Shown here one piece after another: positions 20,409-28,939 of a stretch of 64,000 nt of DNA. Numbering within the stretch: position 1 is the stretch's first letter; every line of letters starts with the position of its first letter. The position numbers and the translations under genes were made by a program. Location: the IMG/VR virus record IMGVR_UViG_3300031998_000010. One strand, given 5' to 3'. The DNA comes from a virus. Lineage: Duplodnaviria > Caudoviricetes. The notes beneath the pieces were generated by a model, which searched no databases, was not told the origin of the DNA, and saw only the letters and a list, made by a program, of their open reading frames with translations.

Positions 20409-21190
20409 ACAATTCCCTCCAACATTTTTGATTTTGTATTGATAATAGGTAAAATATCTTTACCTAAAAATTGCTTATGATTTTCAAATGCTGCATTGCT
20501 GATGTACTGAATCATTTCTGGAAGATATGTATCACAATTCAAATCATTAGCGACTCTCAAGAGATATTCAAGTAATGCAATTCTGTCTGCTTTGATAGCA
20601 TTGAATTTTTCTTCTGTCTCACATTCTTTGAATTTGATAGGACAACCTACAGCCCAATTTCTACCATACTGACTAACTGCAAATGAAACTGTTCCTTTAT
20701 TATTGCAGAAAAGTCTAACATGCGGTACTCTACAAGTAATACTTCTCACAGGATGAATACCACATCTATAAAGACCTTCATCATTCTTAAATAAGTAATG
20801 ACAAGTTTTACTATCACGATTCTTATAAGGATTATGAATAGTCTGCAAAGGTTGAGAACACCTGTAAAGCTTTATTTCTTTTCCATTGATTATATGTGAC
20901 TCTACTTCGATTGTATCTCTAAATGTATGTAAATTTTCTACTGGGAGGCTATAATCAATGAATTCCTGGTCTGTGCAATTCTTTAAATTTTCATGTTCGT
21001 GTTCAGTAAGTACAACCATCTCTGGGACACACATACAACAAGTTCCGCAACATACACAATCATCAATCAAGAAGAAAGATGGCGAGAATGAAAGTTTCTT
21101 AGCCTGATTATCATATACCTTACCATCAACTTCTATCGGTACTTTACATACAGGCGATATATAATGAAGTAATTTACTGATGTTATCCAT
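20405..21190 (-). CDS. YkgJ/FliB-like CxxCxxCC Fe-S/Zn-binding protein, paralog 2
   Basis: CVCCGTCCMC..CHYL..YRCGIHPVRSITCRVP..WAVGC; colinear with paralog 1. Confidence 0.65.
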   Translation of the reverse strand: MDNISKLLHYISPVCKVPIEVDGKVYDNQAKKLSFSPSFFLIDDCVCCGTCCMCVPEMVVLTEHEHENLKNCTDQEFIDYSLPVENLHTFRDTIEVESHIINGKEIKLYRCSQPLQTIHNPYKNRDSKTCHYLFKNDEGLYRCGIHPVRSITCRVPHVRLFCNNKGTVSFAVSQYGRNWAVGCPIKFKECETEEKFNAIKADRIALLEYLLRVANDLNCDTYLPEMIQYISNAAFENHKQFLGKDILPIINTKSKMLEGIV

Positions 21191-21220
21191 GTAATCCTCC
21201 TAAATTTTACTATTGTAAAT

Positions 21221-21227
21221 AACGATT
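21221..21227 (-). promoter_or_regulatory. class A motif AATCGTT(A)
   Basis: Upstream of ATG 21190. Confidence 0.7.
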
Positions 21228-21252
21228 CTTAATGTTGTCAATACTGCATTTG

Positions 21253-21819
21253 TCATATATTCTCCTGATTTTCTGGAAATACTAATCTAACTAAATCATC
21301 TATAGGCCAATATACATTAATCTGTCCACGATATCCAGATTCATGTTTTCGATGAAAATGATATACAGCTGTTCCTGACATTTTTTGATAATACTGCGGT
21401 TTAAGTTCTTTTGCAATATAGGCCACGGAATCTTTAACTTCATCTCCGTCTATGTTTCTACATCTGCATATCTTTCGTGCTTTCCTTCGTACTTTACCCG
21501 ATTTAGCTACTTCGTATAATTCTTCAAAATCAGGAACAGGTCGCCATTCTTCTGTATCTTCTATAACAGGACCTGGCCATACTAAATCATGCAATCTATC
21601 CACACGAACCATTTTGTGTTCTCCATCTTTAGCTAATAATACATGTGGATGATATGCACCGCACATAACAGGTTTTAATATCCTGGACTTAAATGACCTT
21701 GTCATTAATTTACCTGCACGAATGCATGAAACTGTTCTGTCTAAACTTCGTACTCGACCTAAGTTACTCACTTCGTAGTAACCTTCGTAACCAGGTACAG
21801 CTTTCCATTGTTCTTCCAT
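21253..21819 (-). CDS. double NUMOD4-motif protein, no intact HNH
   Basis: EQWKAVPGYEGYYEVSNLGRVRS and EEWRPVPDFEELYEVAKSGKVR. Confidence 0.8.
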   Translation of the reverse strand: MEEQWKAVPGYEGYYEVSNLGRVRSLDRTVSCIRAGKLMTRSFKSRILKPVMCGAYHPHVLLAKDGEHKMVRVDRLHDLVWPGPVIEDTEEWRPVPDFEELYEVAKSGKVRRKARKICRCRNIDGDEVKDSVAYIAKELKPQYYQKMSGTAVYHFHRKHESGYRGQINVYWPIDDLVRLVFPENQENI

Positions 21820-21822
21820 AGA

Positions 21823-22479
21823 TTAATCCTCTTTATACAATTCAGGGAATGCTGATTTAATTAAATCTTCTGCTTTATAATAAGCATCTGTTTGACCACA
21901 TCGGCCTGTCTTATATCTTTTATGAAGATGATACACTGCTACGCCTGATTTCTTATTAAATCTATAAGGCTTTAATTCTCTAGATTCATATTCAGGGCAA
22001 TCTTCAAACGATATAGCATTTCTACTACGTTCACGCAGAACCCGCCTAGTTATACTCCTTACTTTTCCAGTATTAGATACTTCATATATATTTTCATATC
22101 CAGGAATATTTCGCCATTCTTCTTTTAAATTATTAGATATATTCGACCTAGTATGATATGGAACCCAAACAAGATTATTCGCAGAGTTGTTGGTTTTATC
22201 AGAATCTTTATGATTTATAAAAGAATATTTATTTGGATTAGCTACAAAAGCTTCTGCAACTAAACGACTCAATTTCATAGAAGTAAATGAACCATCTTTA
22301 TACAAATTAACTACAGGGTCTTTACCCGTCTTAAGTGGGCGTAACTCCCTGCCTGAACGGAATCTAACAACAATTCTATTTATCTTAAAAGATTCATATC
22401 TATCTAAACTACGAACTTTTCCTAGATTGCTTACTTCATAAACACCTTCGTAATCTTTTATTGGTCTCCACTCTTCCAT
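21823..22479 (-). CDS. NUMOD4-HNH-NUMOD4 homing endonuclease-like protein
   Basis: Two NUMOD4 motifs flank RLVAEAF..INHKDSDKTNNSANNLVWV. Confidence 0.8.
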   Translation of the reverse strand: MEEWRPIKDYEGVYEVSNLGKVRSLDRYESFKINRIVVRFRSGRELRPLKTGKDPVVNLYKDGSFTSMKLSRLVAEAFVANPNKYSFINHKDSDKTNNSANNLVWVPYHTRSNISNNLKEEWRNIPGYENIYEVSNTGKVRSITRRVLRERSRNAISFEDCPEYESRELKPYRFNKKSGVAVYHLHKRYKTGRCGQTDAYYKAEDLIKSAFPELYKED

Positions 22480-22537
22480 GATTAAATCCTCGGCCTAGGA
22501 ATGTCCTGTGTGTTATCTGTCATAATTTTCTCCTTAT

Positions 22538-22578
22538 AAAAAGATAGAGTGTAACCATAGATGATGGCTACACTCTAT
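22538..22578 (-). terminator. intrinsic terminator overlapping a class A promoter
   Basis: 15-bp stem 22544-22558/22564-22578 with one G-U pair on the minus strand, then CUUUUU. Confidence 0.75.
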
Positions 22579-22580
22579 AT

Positions 22581-22587
22581 AACGATT
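22581..22587 (-). promoter_or_regulatory. class A motif AATCGTT(A)
   Basis: Abuts the terminator 5' arm, upstream of the NUMOD4 genes. Confidence 0.7.
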
Positions 22588-22601
22588 TTAGTTTATGTAA
22601 G

Positions 22602-23357
22602 TTATACTACTGAATACTTTTCAAGATAATCAGAACCTACGTTGTCTTTCTTCCAATTTCTAGACATCTTGTAACCGATAGGGCTGAATACCATCTCAAT
22701 TACAAGTTCCAAGAGCATCATCATAAATGAGCAGACGAAAACCTGTGTGAGTGTCCATCCAAAGAAAATATAAGATACAAACAAGGCAAATACAAGATTA
22801 TCTACAAACTGACCTGCTGCTGTTGATAAGAAACTTCTAATAGCAAATCCGCCAAAATTATCTTTCTTATCTACTTTCTTTCCAATGAACTTATTAACAA
22901 TAGAATTTACAAGTCCACCAAGGTACATTGCTACAGCAGAACCAATTACAATAAACCAAGAAGATGAGAATGTTGCGTCTACGCTTGCATTGATTGCATC
23001 AGCTACTGCAGGGTCTGTGGCTGAATAACTTGCTGCCCAAATTCCGGGAATCTTACAAATTAACATGTAGATTATACCAGTTAATAAGTTTGCAACCATA
23101 GCTACTGTATTGAGAATCGTTGCTGCACGAGCTCCAAATCTCTTACATGTAGCATCCATGCATAAGAAACTTATCCACGAAACAAAAATTCCGGCAGTTG
23201 ATGCAAGCCAAGGTAAGTTAAAGATGGACTTGTTTGCTAAAAGATTCATTGACACAACTGAAAGGATGAAAAAGGCTGTTACCAACCCGGGAATAGCTCT
23301 CATTGTGTCCTTCACTTCTTCGACTAATGAATACTTAGTCTTTGTTTTTGAAACCAT
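22602..23357 (-). CDS. VUT/YhhQ-family queuosine-precursor transporter
   Basis: Multi-TM protein; NLLANKS, FLCMD..KRFG, IGSAVA..NS, RSFLST..GQFVDNLVF. Confidence 0.8.
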   Translation of the reverse strand: MVSKTKTKYSLVEEVKDTMRAIPGLVTAFFILSVVSMNLLANKSIFNLPWLASTAGIFVSWISFLCMDATCKRFGARAATILNTVAMVANLLTGIIYMLICKIPGIWAASYSATDPAVADAINASVDATFSSSWFIVIGSAVAMYLGGLVNSIVNKFIGKKVDKKDNFGGFAIRSFLSTAAGQFVDNLVFALFVSYIFFGWTLTQVFVCSFMMMLLELVIEMVFSPIGYKMSRNWKKDNVGSDYLEKYSVV

Positions 23358-23363
23358 ATGCGG

Positions 23364-23430
23364 TCTCCTCCTTTTATTTTTATTTTATAACGCCGAGGGT
23401 GTCAAGGAATTACAAAACTCGGCGGTTATA
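23364..23430 (-). promoter_or_regulatory. candidate preQ1-I-like riboswitch (pseudoknot that sequesters the SD)
   Basis: P1 UAUAAC(C)GCCGAG/CUCGGCGUUAUA; loop carries UUCCUU complementary to the AAGGAG SD; A-rich linker; upstream of the VUT transporter. Confidence 0.5.
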
Positions 23431-23440
23431 TCTAATTTAT

Positions 23441-23447
23441 AACGATT
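23441..23447 (-). promoter_or_regulatory. class A motif AATCGTT(A)
   Basis: 10 nt upstream of the riboswitch-like stem. Confidence 0.7.
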
Positions 23448-23448
23448 C

Positions 23449-24312
23449 TTAATCTTCTAAAAATGATACGTCTTCGACTTCTAAATCTTCGAGGAACTGT
23501 GCCCAAGCACACATTCTTGCCGAAGTATTATCACTGTATCTAAGATTTTCTGAAGTTTCATTATCTAAAGAAATTTTATAAGGATTTCCTTTAAATGTAA
23601 TTGTCACAGTGCAGTCAAAGTAGTTATCTCCATAATCTCTAAATTGAATATCTTTCCATGTAACTACGTCTAATAACTTATTTTCATAATCATTAATGAC
23701 AATCTCTTTCAGCTGTTCATCAGAGCTTCCTTTAGGTGCTGTTATCTTCATTCTCAAAGGTACGAGATGTGCATCGTAAGGAAGGATATCAACTAAATAT
23801 TTTTGTGTTTTAGGAACATCTACATCAACGGTTACTTCACTGAATTCATACCATCCGCTTATATAGACTGTATCAGCATTTTGATAAATTCCGTTAAATG
23901 AAATTCCGGGAGTATCTTCTGGTTGAAATAAATCAGATGATTTGAATCCGTTGAATTTCTTACTCTTTAATGCTTTGCTCAATGTAGCAAATGCTTTCTT
24001 GCCATATTTTTCACAACCATATACGCAGAATTGAAACTGGCCATGGAGCTTCATCGTGACTGTTTCATCTTTATCTCTTTCTGATGCCCAAGGACCTGCT
24101 TGAAGATAGCCGGAGAGCATAAAATCATCGGGTCCGTCTAAATCAATAGATTCAACGACAGGTCTAAATTGCTCAGCAAGGTAATCAGCAAGTATGTCAA
24201 GATTGTCATCGTCTAATTCTTCATTTTCATACCAATCTCTATTATAAAAATCAAGTAACAAAGATTCAGGAACAATTTGTTTGTATATTTTAGGCAGTTT
24301 AGAATACTTCAT
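23449..24312 (-). CDS. hypothetical acidic protein
   Basis: 287 aa, preceded by a class B motif. Confidence 0.8.
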   Translation of the reverse strand: MKYSKLPKIYKQIVPESLLLDFYNRDWYENEELDDDNLDILADYLAEQFRPVVESIDLDGPDDFMLSGYLQAGPWASERDKDETVTMKLHGQFQFCVYGCEKYGKKAFATLSKALKSKKFNGFKSSDLFQPEDTPGISFNGIYQNADTVYISGWYEFSEVTVDVDVPKTQKYLVDILPYDAHLVPLRMKITAPKGSSDEQLKEIVINDYENKLLDVVTWKDIQFRDYGDNYFDCTVTITFKGNPYKISLDNETSENLRYSDNTSARMCAWAQFLEDLEVEDVSFLED

Positions 24313-24344
24313 TGTAGCACCCCATTAGTTTTGATAATATATTA

Positions 24345-24350
24345 AAGGTT
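24345..24350 (-). promoter_or_regulatory. class B motif AACCTT
   Basis: CAACCTTTAATAT upstream of ATG 24312. Confidence 0.5.
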
Positions 24351-24762
24351 GCTATACCTGATGGTTTTCAGATAATGCCTTGATAGCCATATCTAACGCT
24401 ATCTTGATATCCCTTGTGGTATATCCTTCCATTTCCTCAATAATGATTCCATAGCCCAAATTTGTTGTATGATATAATATCTTGATTGCTTCTTCATTAC
24501 TCATTTTTATTTCCTCTCACCTTTGTGTGCATCGCAATAAGCCTCTTTACTATTTAGTATAATCTTGTGAAAGCCTTCCGAATTGACATTAGTGCAACCA
24601 TAACGACAATTCCAAAATTCACAATTTGAGCAAGAATTTTCATTATCCATAAGCATCATTAGTCCTTCCTCATATGTGCAGGTGATAAAACCGTATGTTC
24701 TGCAACATTCTTTCTTATCGCTTCTTGCCATTCTTCATTAGTCATACCATTTCGCCTCTTTC

Positions 24763-24921
24763 TTAACAGAAATCAGTATACTGTTCATACTCTAATGCCT
24801 TAATAGCAAGGTCATAAGCCTGTTTTGCTTTCTCAAAATCAGGGTTGTGATAAATCTCATGTGTTCTTATAAGCATATTTCTTGCATCTGTTAATATCTT
24901 GATTGCTTCTTCATTAGTCAT
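24763..24921 (-). CDS. small MTNEEAIK-family protein
   Basis: MTNEEAIKIL..AYDLAIKALE; paralog of 24352-24504. Confidence 0.7.
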   Translation of the reverse strand: MTNEEAIKILTDARNMLIRTHEIYHNPDFEKAKQAYDLAIKALEYEQYTDFC

Positions 24922-25098
24922 ACCTTTTCGCCTCTTTCTGCCTTGCAATAATTTAGCGTTGGCGACTCGAAATATCTTTCTACAATAGCTTTTATCTGTT
25001 CATCAGACAATCCTACTTCTTTTTCCTAACTGTCAATTATTTTTGCTTGTTCCTCTAATGCCTTAATAGCAAGGTCATAAGCCAAGGAATTTTCACAT

Positions 25099-25354
25099 TC
25101 AATCTGTTTCCTCCTTTTTCATTGATGCACCACAATATGAGCAAAAGTTATTAAAAAGTTGTTGCTTTTCCCTCATACAATAATTACAGTGAAACATACC
25201 CCCAATTATCCGTAATCCACTCGCCTTGCGTTCTTTCTTCATAAGGTATGCTATTTGGAATTAGTTGAATAAGTGTATCTGCATATTCAGAACAAATGTA
25301 TCCGTGTTTGATGTCATCATATATTTCATCAGGAATATCAATTATCAGTTTCAT
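25099..25354 (-). pseudogene. frameshifted zinc-ribbon ORF
   Basis: Removing one base of the C5 run at 25199-25203 joins MKLIIDIP..GEWITDNW to GMFHCNYC..FCSYCGASM (84 aa). Confidence 0.6.
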
Positions 25355-25676
25355 TCTTTAAACCTCTCAACCAAGAATAGTCTAACTTTTTAATAATTGT
25401 TATATCATCCATAAGTAATGGCTCACCATCAGCACCAGTTAAAAACATTTCTGTCCCTGTAACAAGATATATAGGCTTATCAGAAAACAACATCCGAAAA
25501 TAATCTGTTATTGCATGGAGATTAGGGTTATCAGGCAGTATAGGATAATACTCATCGTCTGCCTGTATGCAATTCCATACACTTACACCACCCTCATTTC
25601 GTACAATTGCATCACCTTTATGCACCTTGGATTGAAAATCTTTTGGTATATCTCCAAATCTAATATAAACTTTCAT
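25338..25676 (-). CDS. hypothetical protein
   Basis: 112 aa, YIRFG..EGGVSV..YLVTG..GADGEPLL; GGGAGG RBS. Confidence 0.75.
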   Translation of the reverse strand: MKVYIRFGDIPKDFQSKVHKGDAIVRNEGGVSVWNCIQADDEYYPILPDNPNLHAITDYFRMLFSDKPIYLVTGTEMFLTGADGEPLLMDDITIIKKLDYSWLRGLKNETDN

Positions 25677-25813
25677 TCTTCTTTACCTCCCTATCACCAT
25701 ATCTGCCCCACAATTCGGACAGAAATCGACGCTACCGTGAATAAATACACCGTTGACTTCATAAGAATATACTAAGCGATTTTCGTACCAGTATGTGCTC
25801 ATTCTTTATTACC

Positions 25814-26023
25814 TCACAATCGAATTCTACCATTCCGTGTTGTACCTAACATAGCATCCTTTGCTCTTAAAGCCTCGATAGCATTAGATAATGCTCGGTA
25901 ATAGGGTTCTTCGGATTCGTCAAAACAGTTGTAATTAGATTTCAATTCTGATAACTTCTCAATGTCTTGCCAAATCTCAGTTCTCCGTTGCTGAATCAAA
26001 TTATTTATATCTTCACTTGTCAT
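25814..26023 (-). CDS. small MTSEDIN-leader protein
   Basis: ORF track, ATGA-coupled. Confidence 0.65.
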   Translation of the reverse strand: MTSEDINNLIQQRRTEIWQDIEKLSELKSNYNCFDESEEPYYRALSNAIEALRAKDAMLGTTRNGRIRL

Positions 26024-26223
26024 TTTTTAACCCCATAAACTTGTAATTCTTTCCCACATATAGGACAGAATTTAATATCTCTAATATAATCAAACCCTAT
26101 ACCATTATCCCAATCAGCAGATTCATACAAAGTATCTCCCATATAATGATACTGACAGAATTTACAGTTGGTTTGATTAGTTATATCTTCACTTGTCATT
26201 TTATTTATATCTTCACTTGTCAT
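26020..26223 (-). CDS. small zinc-ribbon protein with duplicated MTSEDI leader
   Basis: CKFC..FCPICG. Confidence 0.65.
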   Translation of the reverse strand: MTSEDINKMTSEDITNQTNCKFCQYHYMGDTLYESADWDNGIGFDYIRDIKFCPICGKELQVYGVKK

Positions 26224-26432
26224 TATTCTTTACTTCTTATGGAAATAAAACCTCTATCGTAAATCTGTTCTCCGTTATCTCCGCTAATTGACATTTTCTT
26301 GATTGCAAGACCGTACTTCGACAAAACATCCTCGATTTCTTCTTCCATCTTTTTCATATCATCAAAAAACTTATTGGCATCACTCATTTTCTTCATTTGT
26401 TCATCTGTAAGCATGATTTTATCACTTGTCAT
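26223..26432 (-). CDS. small MTSD-leader protein
   Basis: AAGGAG RBS. Confidence 0.65.
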   Translation of the reverse strand: MTSDKIMLTDEQMKKMSDANKFFDDMKKMEEEIEDVLSKYGLAIKKMSISGDNGEQIYDRGFISIRSKE

Positions 26433-26588
26433 TTTGTATCTCCTTTACAGAATTTATCGCATATCCCTTAATATCTGTTAAATCAGGTCTATAAAATCTC
26501 CCATTATGAGTTTTGCAAAAATTACATACATCTTGTATTGCGTTAGGTGGATAGTATTTTCTATTAAAGCAGATAGAACAATCATATT

Positions 26589-26861
26589 TCATTCTTTATC
26601 ACCGCTAGATGCTATCTGTTCCAAAGCATAAATAGCACGGTCAAGAGCATTCTCTGTCAACTCTGTTGTGCTTTCCGCCTTTAAGATTTTAAGTTCTCTA
26701 ATCACTTCCTCATTAGACATATGTGTTCTCGTCATTCTTACACCACAATTCGGGCAAAAATTATAATATTTCTTTGAAACATAACAGCATCTCGAACACT
26801 CACCCTCATCATCATAGGGAGAAATATTTACCCACTCCCCTAAAATTTCCTTATCTGCCAT
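26589..26861 (-). CDS. zinc-ribbon / MSNEE..ALDRAIYALE fusion protein
   Basis: GEW..CSRC..FCPNCG fused to an MSNEEVI module. Confidence 0.7.
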   Translation of the reverse strand: MADKEILGEWVNISPYDDEGECSRCCYVSKKYYNFCPNCGVRMTRTHMSNEEVIRELKILKAESTTELTENALDRAIYALEQIASSGDKE

Positions 26862-27107
26862 TATTCTTTACCTCCACACATCAAATATAATTGATTACCC
26901 TCAAACCTTGACCTATCATTAGATAAACAGTCGTGAAATTCTTTATCAGATAAAGTACAGGCTGCTTCGGGCATACATTCTGGATTCTTTGGAGTAATAA
27001 TTTTTGAGCGAATACACTCTTTACAGGTTTTCATTCTTTCTCTCCTCTCATATCCGGTTCGCTTATATTTATGTTTGATTGATATTTAAAATTCTCCTAA
27101 ATACTAT

Positions 27108-27114
27108 AACGATT
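27108..27114 (-). promoter_or_regulatory. class A motif AATCGTT(A)
   Basis: Heads the small-ORF array. Confidence 0.7.
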
Positions 27115-27763
27115 AGGAGTTGAAGAAATTTATATTGAAGTGCCACCCTGTGACCGGCTCAGTTTCTAAATAACTAACTGAATAAACACCAGTCCAATGT
27201 GAACCGAAATTTGCCATAGATTCATAATCAGGCATAAAAGTATCTATCCAATGACCAACAGCACCGGGACCTGTGTCTTCAGCAACAAAAACCTTTCCAT
27301 CTATTAAGAATAAATCTCCATAGTTGTTTATTGATGTATTTATTCCACATGTGCTTGGGTTCCACCATTCTTCTTCTCTATGTGCTATTGTACCTGTGGA
27401 GGTGACCCAACCATTAGGAAAGTTATCTGTACCGTCTGAATAGACTCTGTATCCGCACTCTTCTGGACAATACGCTGTTATGTAGTATTCTCCGATGTAT
27501 TCAAATTCCATATAAACTGCAGATATAGAAACGCTATCAAGACTTTCTTTGAAGTTATCTTGATAGTATTCAATCATCGGGTTTGGTATAGGTGTTGGAG
27601 TAGGAGTGGGAGAAGGTGTTAATGTAGGTTTAGCAATAACTAAATCATTGCAATCTTCTGTTTCTTGCAAACTCGGTTGAGGTATATTATTAATTTGTTC
27701 TGCTGTAATAACAATTACACATAGAAGCATAACTGTTATTACAGCAGATTTAATTCTACTCAT
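27113..27763 (-). CDS. secreted or membrane-anchored 3D-domain (lytic transglycosylase-like) protein
   Basis: Signal/TM segment, PT-rich linker, ITAYC..TSTG..AEDTG..WIDTF. Confidence 0.7.
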   Translation of the reverse strand: MSRIKSAVITVMLLCVIVITAEQINNIPQPSLQETEDCNDLVIAKPTLTPSPTPTPTPIPNPMIEYYQDNFKESLDSVSISAVYMEFEYIGEYYITAYCPEECGYRVYSDGTDNFPNGWVTSTGTIAHREEEWWNPSTCGINTSINNYGDLFLIDGKVFVAEDTGPGAVGHWIDTFMPDYESMANFGSHWTGVYSVSYLETEPVTGWHFNINFFNS

Positions 27764-27773
27764 TGTGGGAAAA

Positions 27774-28475
27774 TCACCAATCTACTGCGATGTCTACTCC
27801 ATAAGGATAATCGGCAACAAATTCGCCAGTGTCTACAACAATGCTCCATCCTAATGAAGTTTCCAGGATAGTGCCTAATGGTCTTATTTTCCAATTGGCC
27901 GCAATCATCACGTAGCGACCAAGCATCTTAGCACCATCGTCTCTGACCCAATAAGGGTACTCTTCTTCGCTGTAGCCTAACTCTCTCATTTTATTTATAC
28001 AACCATTCATATTCAGGTTGTAATATGTTTCTCTGCCCGCAGGTCCCATATTTCCTCCAATCTCTTTTGTAAGGATAGGACCTTCCCAAGTAGTCGGAAG
28101 CTCAATCTTAGGGGCAACTTCTTCTAATGCTAATTCATATGCATTTAATTCATTCTTCAAATCTGTGACATGCTGTTCATAGTTTAGTAGCATTTCAGAT
28201 TGTTCTTCTAGAGTAAGACTCTGCATTGCATTTTCTGATTTCAACCTATCAATTTCTTCTTGTAATTCTGCAATATCTTCTGAATTTTCCGAATGCAATG
28301 AATGTAAAGTCGAAACTGAATAATCATGCACCGCTACTAATTCATTAATATCATGCTTTAAATCGAATATTTTTATCTGATGCATTGTGAATACTAATGC
28401 AATTATTACAAAAATCAAGAAAAAGCAAAATACTGGAGTTTTTATTACTTGTTTAATCTTCGTCCAATTCATCAT
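27774..28475 (-). CDS. membrane-anchored coiled-coil protein with 3D-like C-terminal domain
   Basis: TM, coiled coil, ETYYNL..VMIAA..RPLGT..VVDTG..VDIAVDW. Confidence 0.6.
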   Translation of the reverse strand: MMNWTKIKQVIKTPVFCFFLIFVIIALVFTMHQIKIFDLKHDINELVAVHDYSVSTLHSLHSENSEDIAELQEEIDRLKSENAMQSLTLEEQSEMLLNYEQHVTDLKNELNAYELALEEVAPKIELPTTWEGPILTKEIGGNMGPAGRETYYNLNMNGCINKMRELGYSEEEYPYWVRDDGAKMLGRYVMIAANWKIRPLGTILETSLGWSIVVDTGEFVADYPYGVDIAVDW

Positions 28476-28578
28476 AGATTTTGTTATACAAATCCCAGAT
28501 TTCATCAGGGACTTCATTCCTTTCGTGATTTTTGATAAAGGTCAATATAGCCTGTAATTCATCTTCTGTAAGGTACAT
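28453..28578 (-). CDS. 41-aa acidic peptide
   Basis: MYLTEDELQAIL..; AAGGAGGT RBS right after a class A motif. Confidence 0.6.
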   Translation of the reverse strand: MYLTEDELQAILTFIKNHERNEVPDEIWDLYNKIYDELDED

Positions 28579-28601
28579 ACCTGACCTCCTTCATCTATAC
28601 T

Positions 28602-28608
28602 AACGATT
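28602..28608 (-). promoter_or_regulatory. class A motif AATCGTT(A)
   Basis: Upstream of ATG 28578. Confidence 0.7.
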
Positions 28609-28688
28609 GAAATGTCTAAAATCAATGGAGAAATTAAGTATCAACTAAATTCGTAATGAAAAGGTAATATTAGATATATGAATTTAAG

Positions 28689-28922
28689 TTATGCTTCAAC
28701 ATCCTGTACAGGCGGGATGGGATGTGAAATATATTCTTTATACCCATCAACAACGCAAAGTTCGGTATCTACAATCATTACACATGCAGTAATTACATCA
28801 GGAGCGTTCCATAATGTCTGACAAAGACCATGGAAATTTGTTTTTGCCTGACAAATATCTGTTATTCCTTCAGCATAAATTGCATAAGAATCATTCACTA
28901 CCTTTACTATTGCATAGACCAT
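28689..28922 (-). CDS. small protein downstream of the tail fibre gene
   Basis: 77 aa, AAGGAGG RBS. Confidence 0.7.
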   Translation of the reverse strand: MVYAIVKVVNDSYAIYAEGITDICQAKTNFHGLCQTLWNAPDVITACVMIVDTELCVVDGYKEYISHPIPPVQDVEA

Positions 28923-28939
28923 GTAAAATTCCTCCTTAA

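Larger units (their letters stand above)
24352..27034 (-). repeat. array of about 14 small coupled ORFs (MTNEEAIK.., MTSEDIN.., CPxCG zinc ribbons) with shared 20-33 bp repeats
   Basis: TTCTTCATTAGTCATACC(A/T)TTTCGCCTCTTTCT x2; CTCTAATGCCTTAATAGCAAGGTCATAAGCC x2; TCACTTGTCAT x4; CTTGATTGCTTCTTCATTA x2. Confidence 0.75.

Noticed and set aside
24352-27034. Possible CRISPR array or integron from the recurring repeats
   Set aside because: The repeats belong to several families, are irregularly spaced, coding and non-palindromic; no cas or integrase gene is in the window
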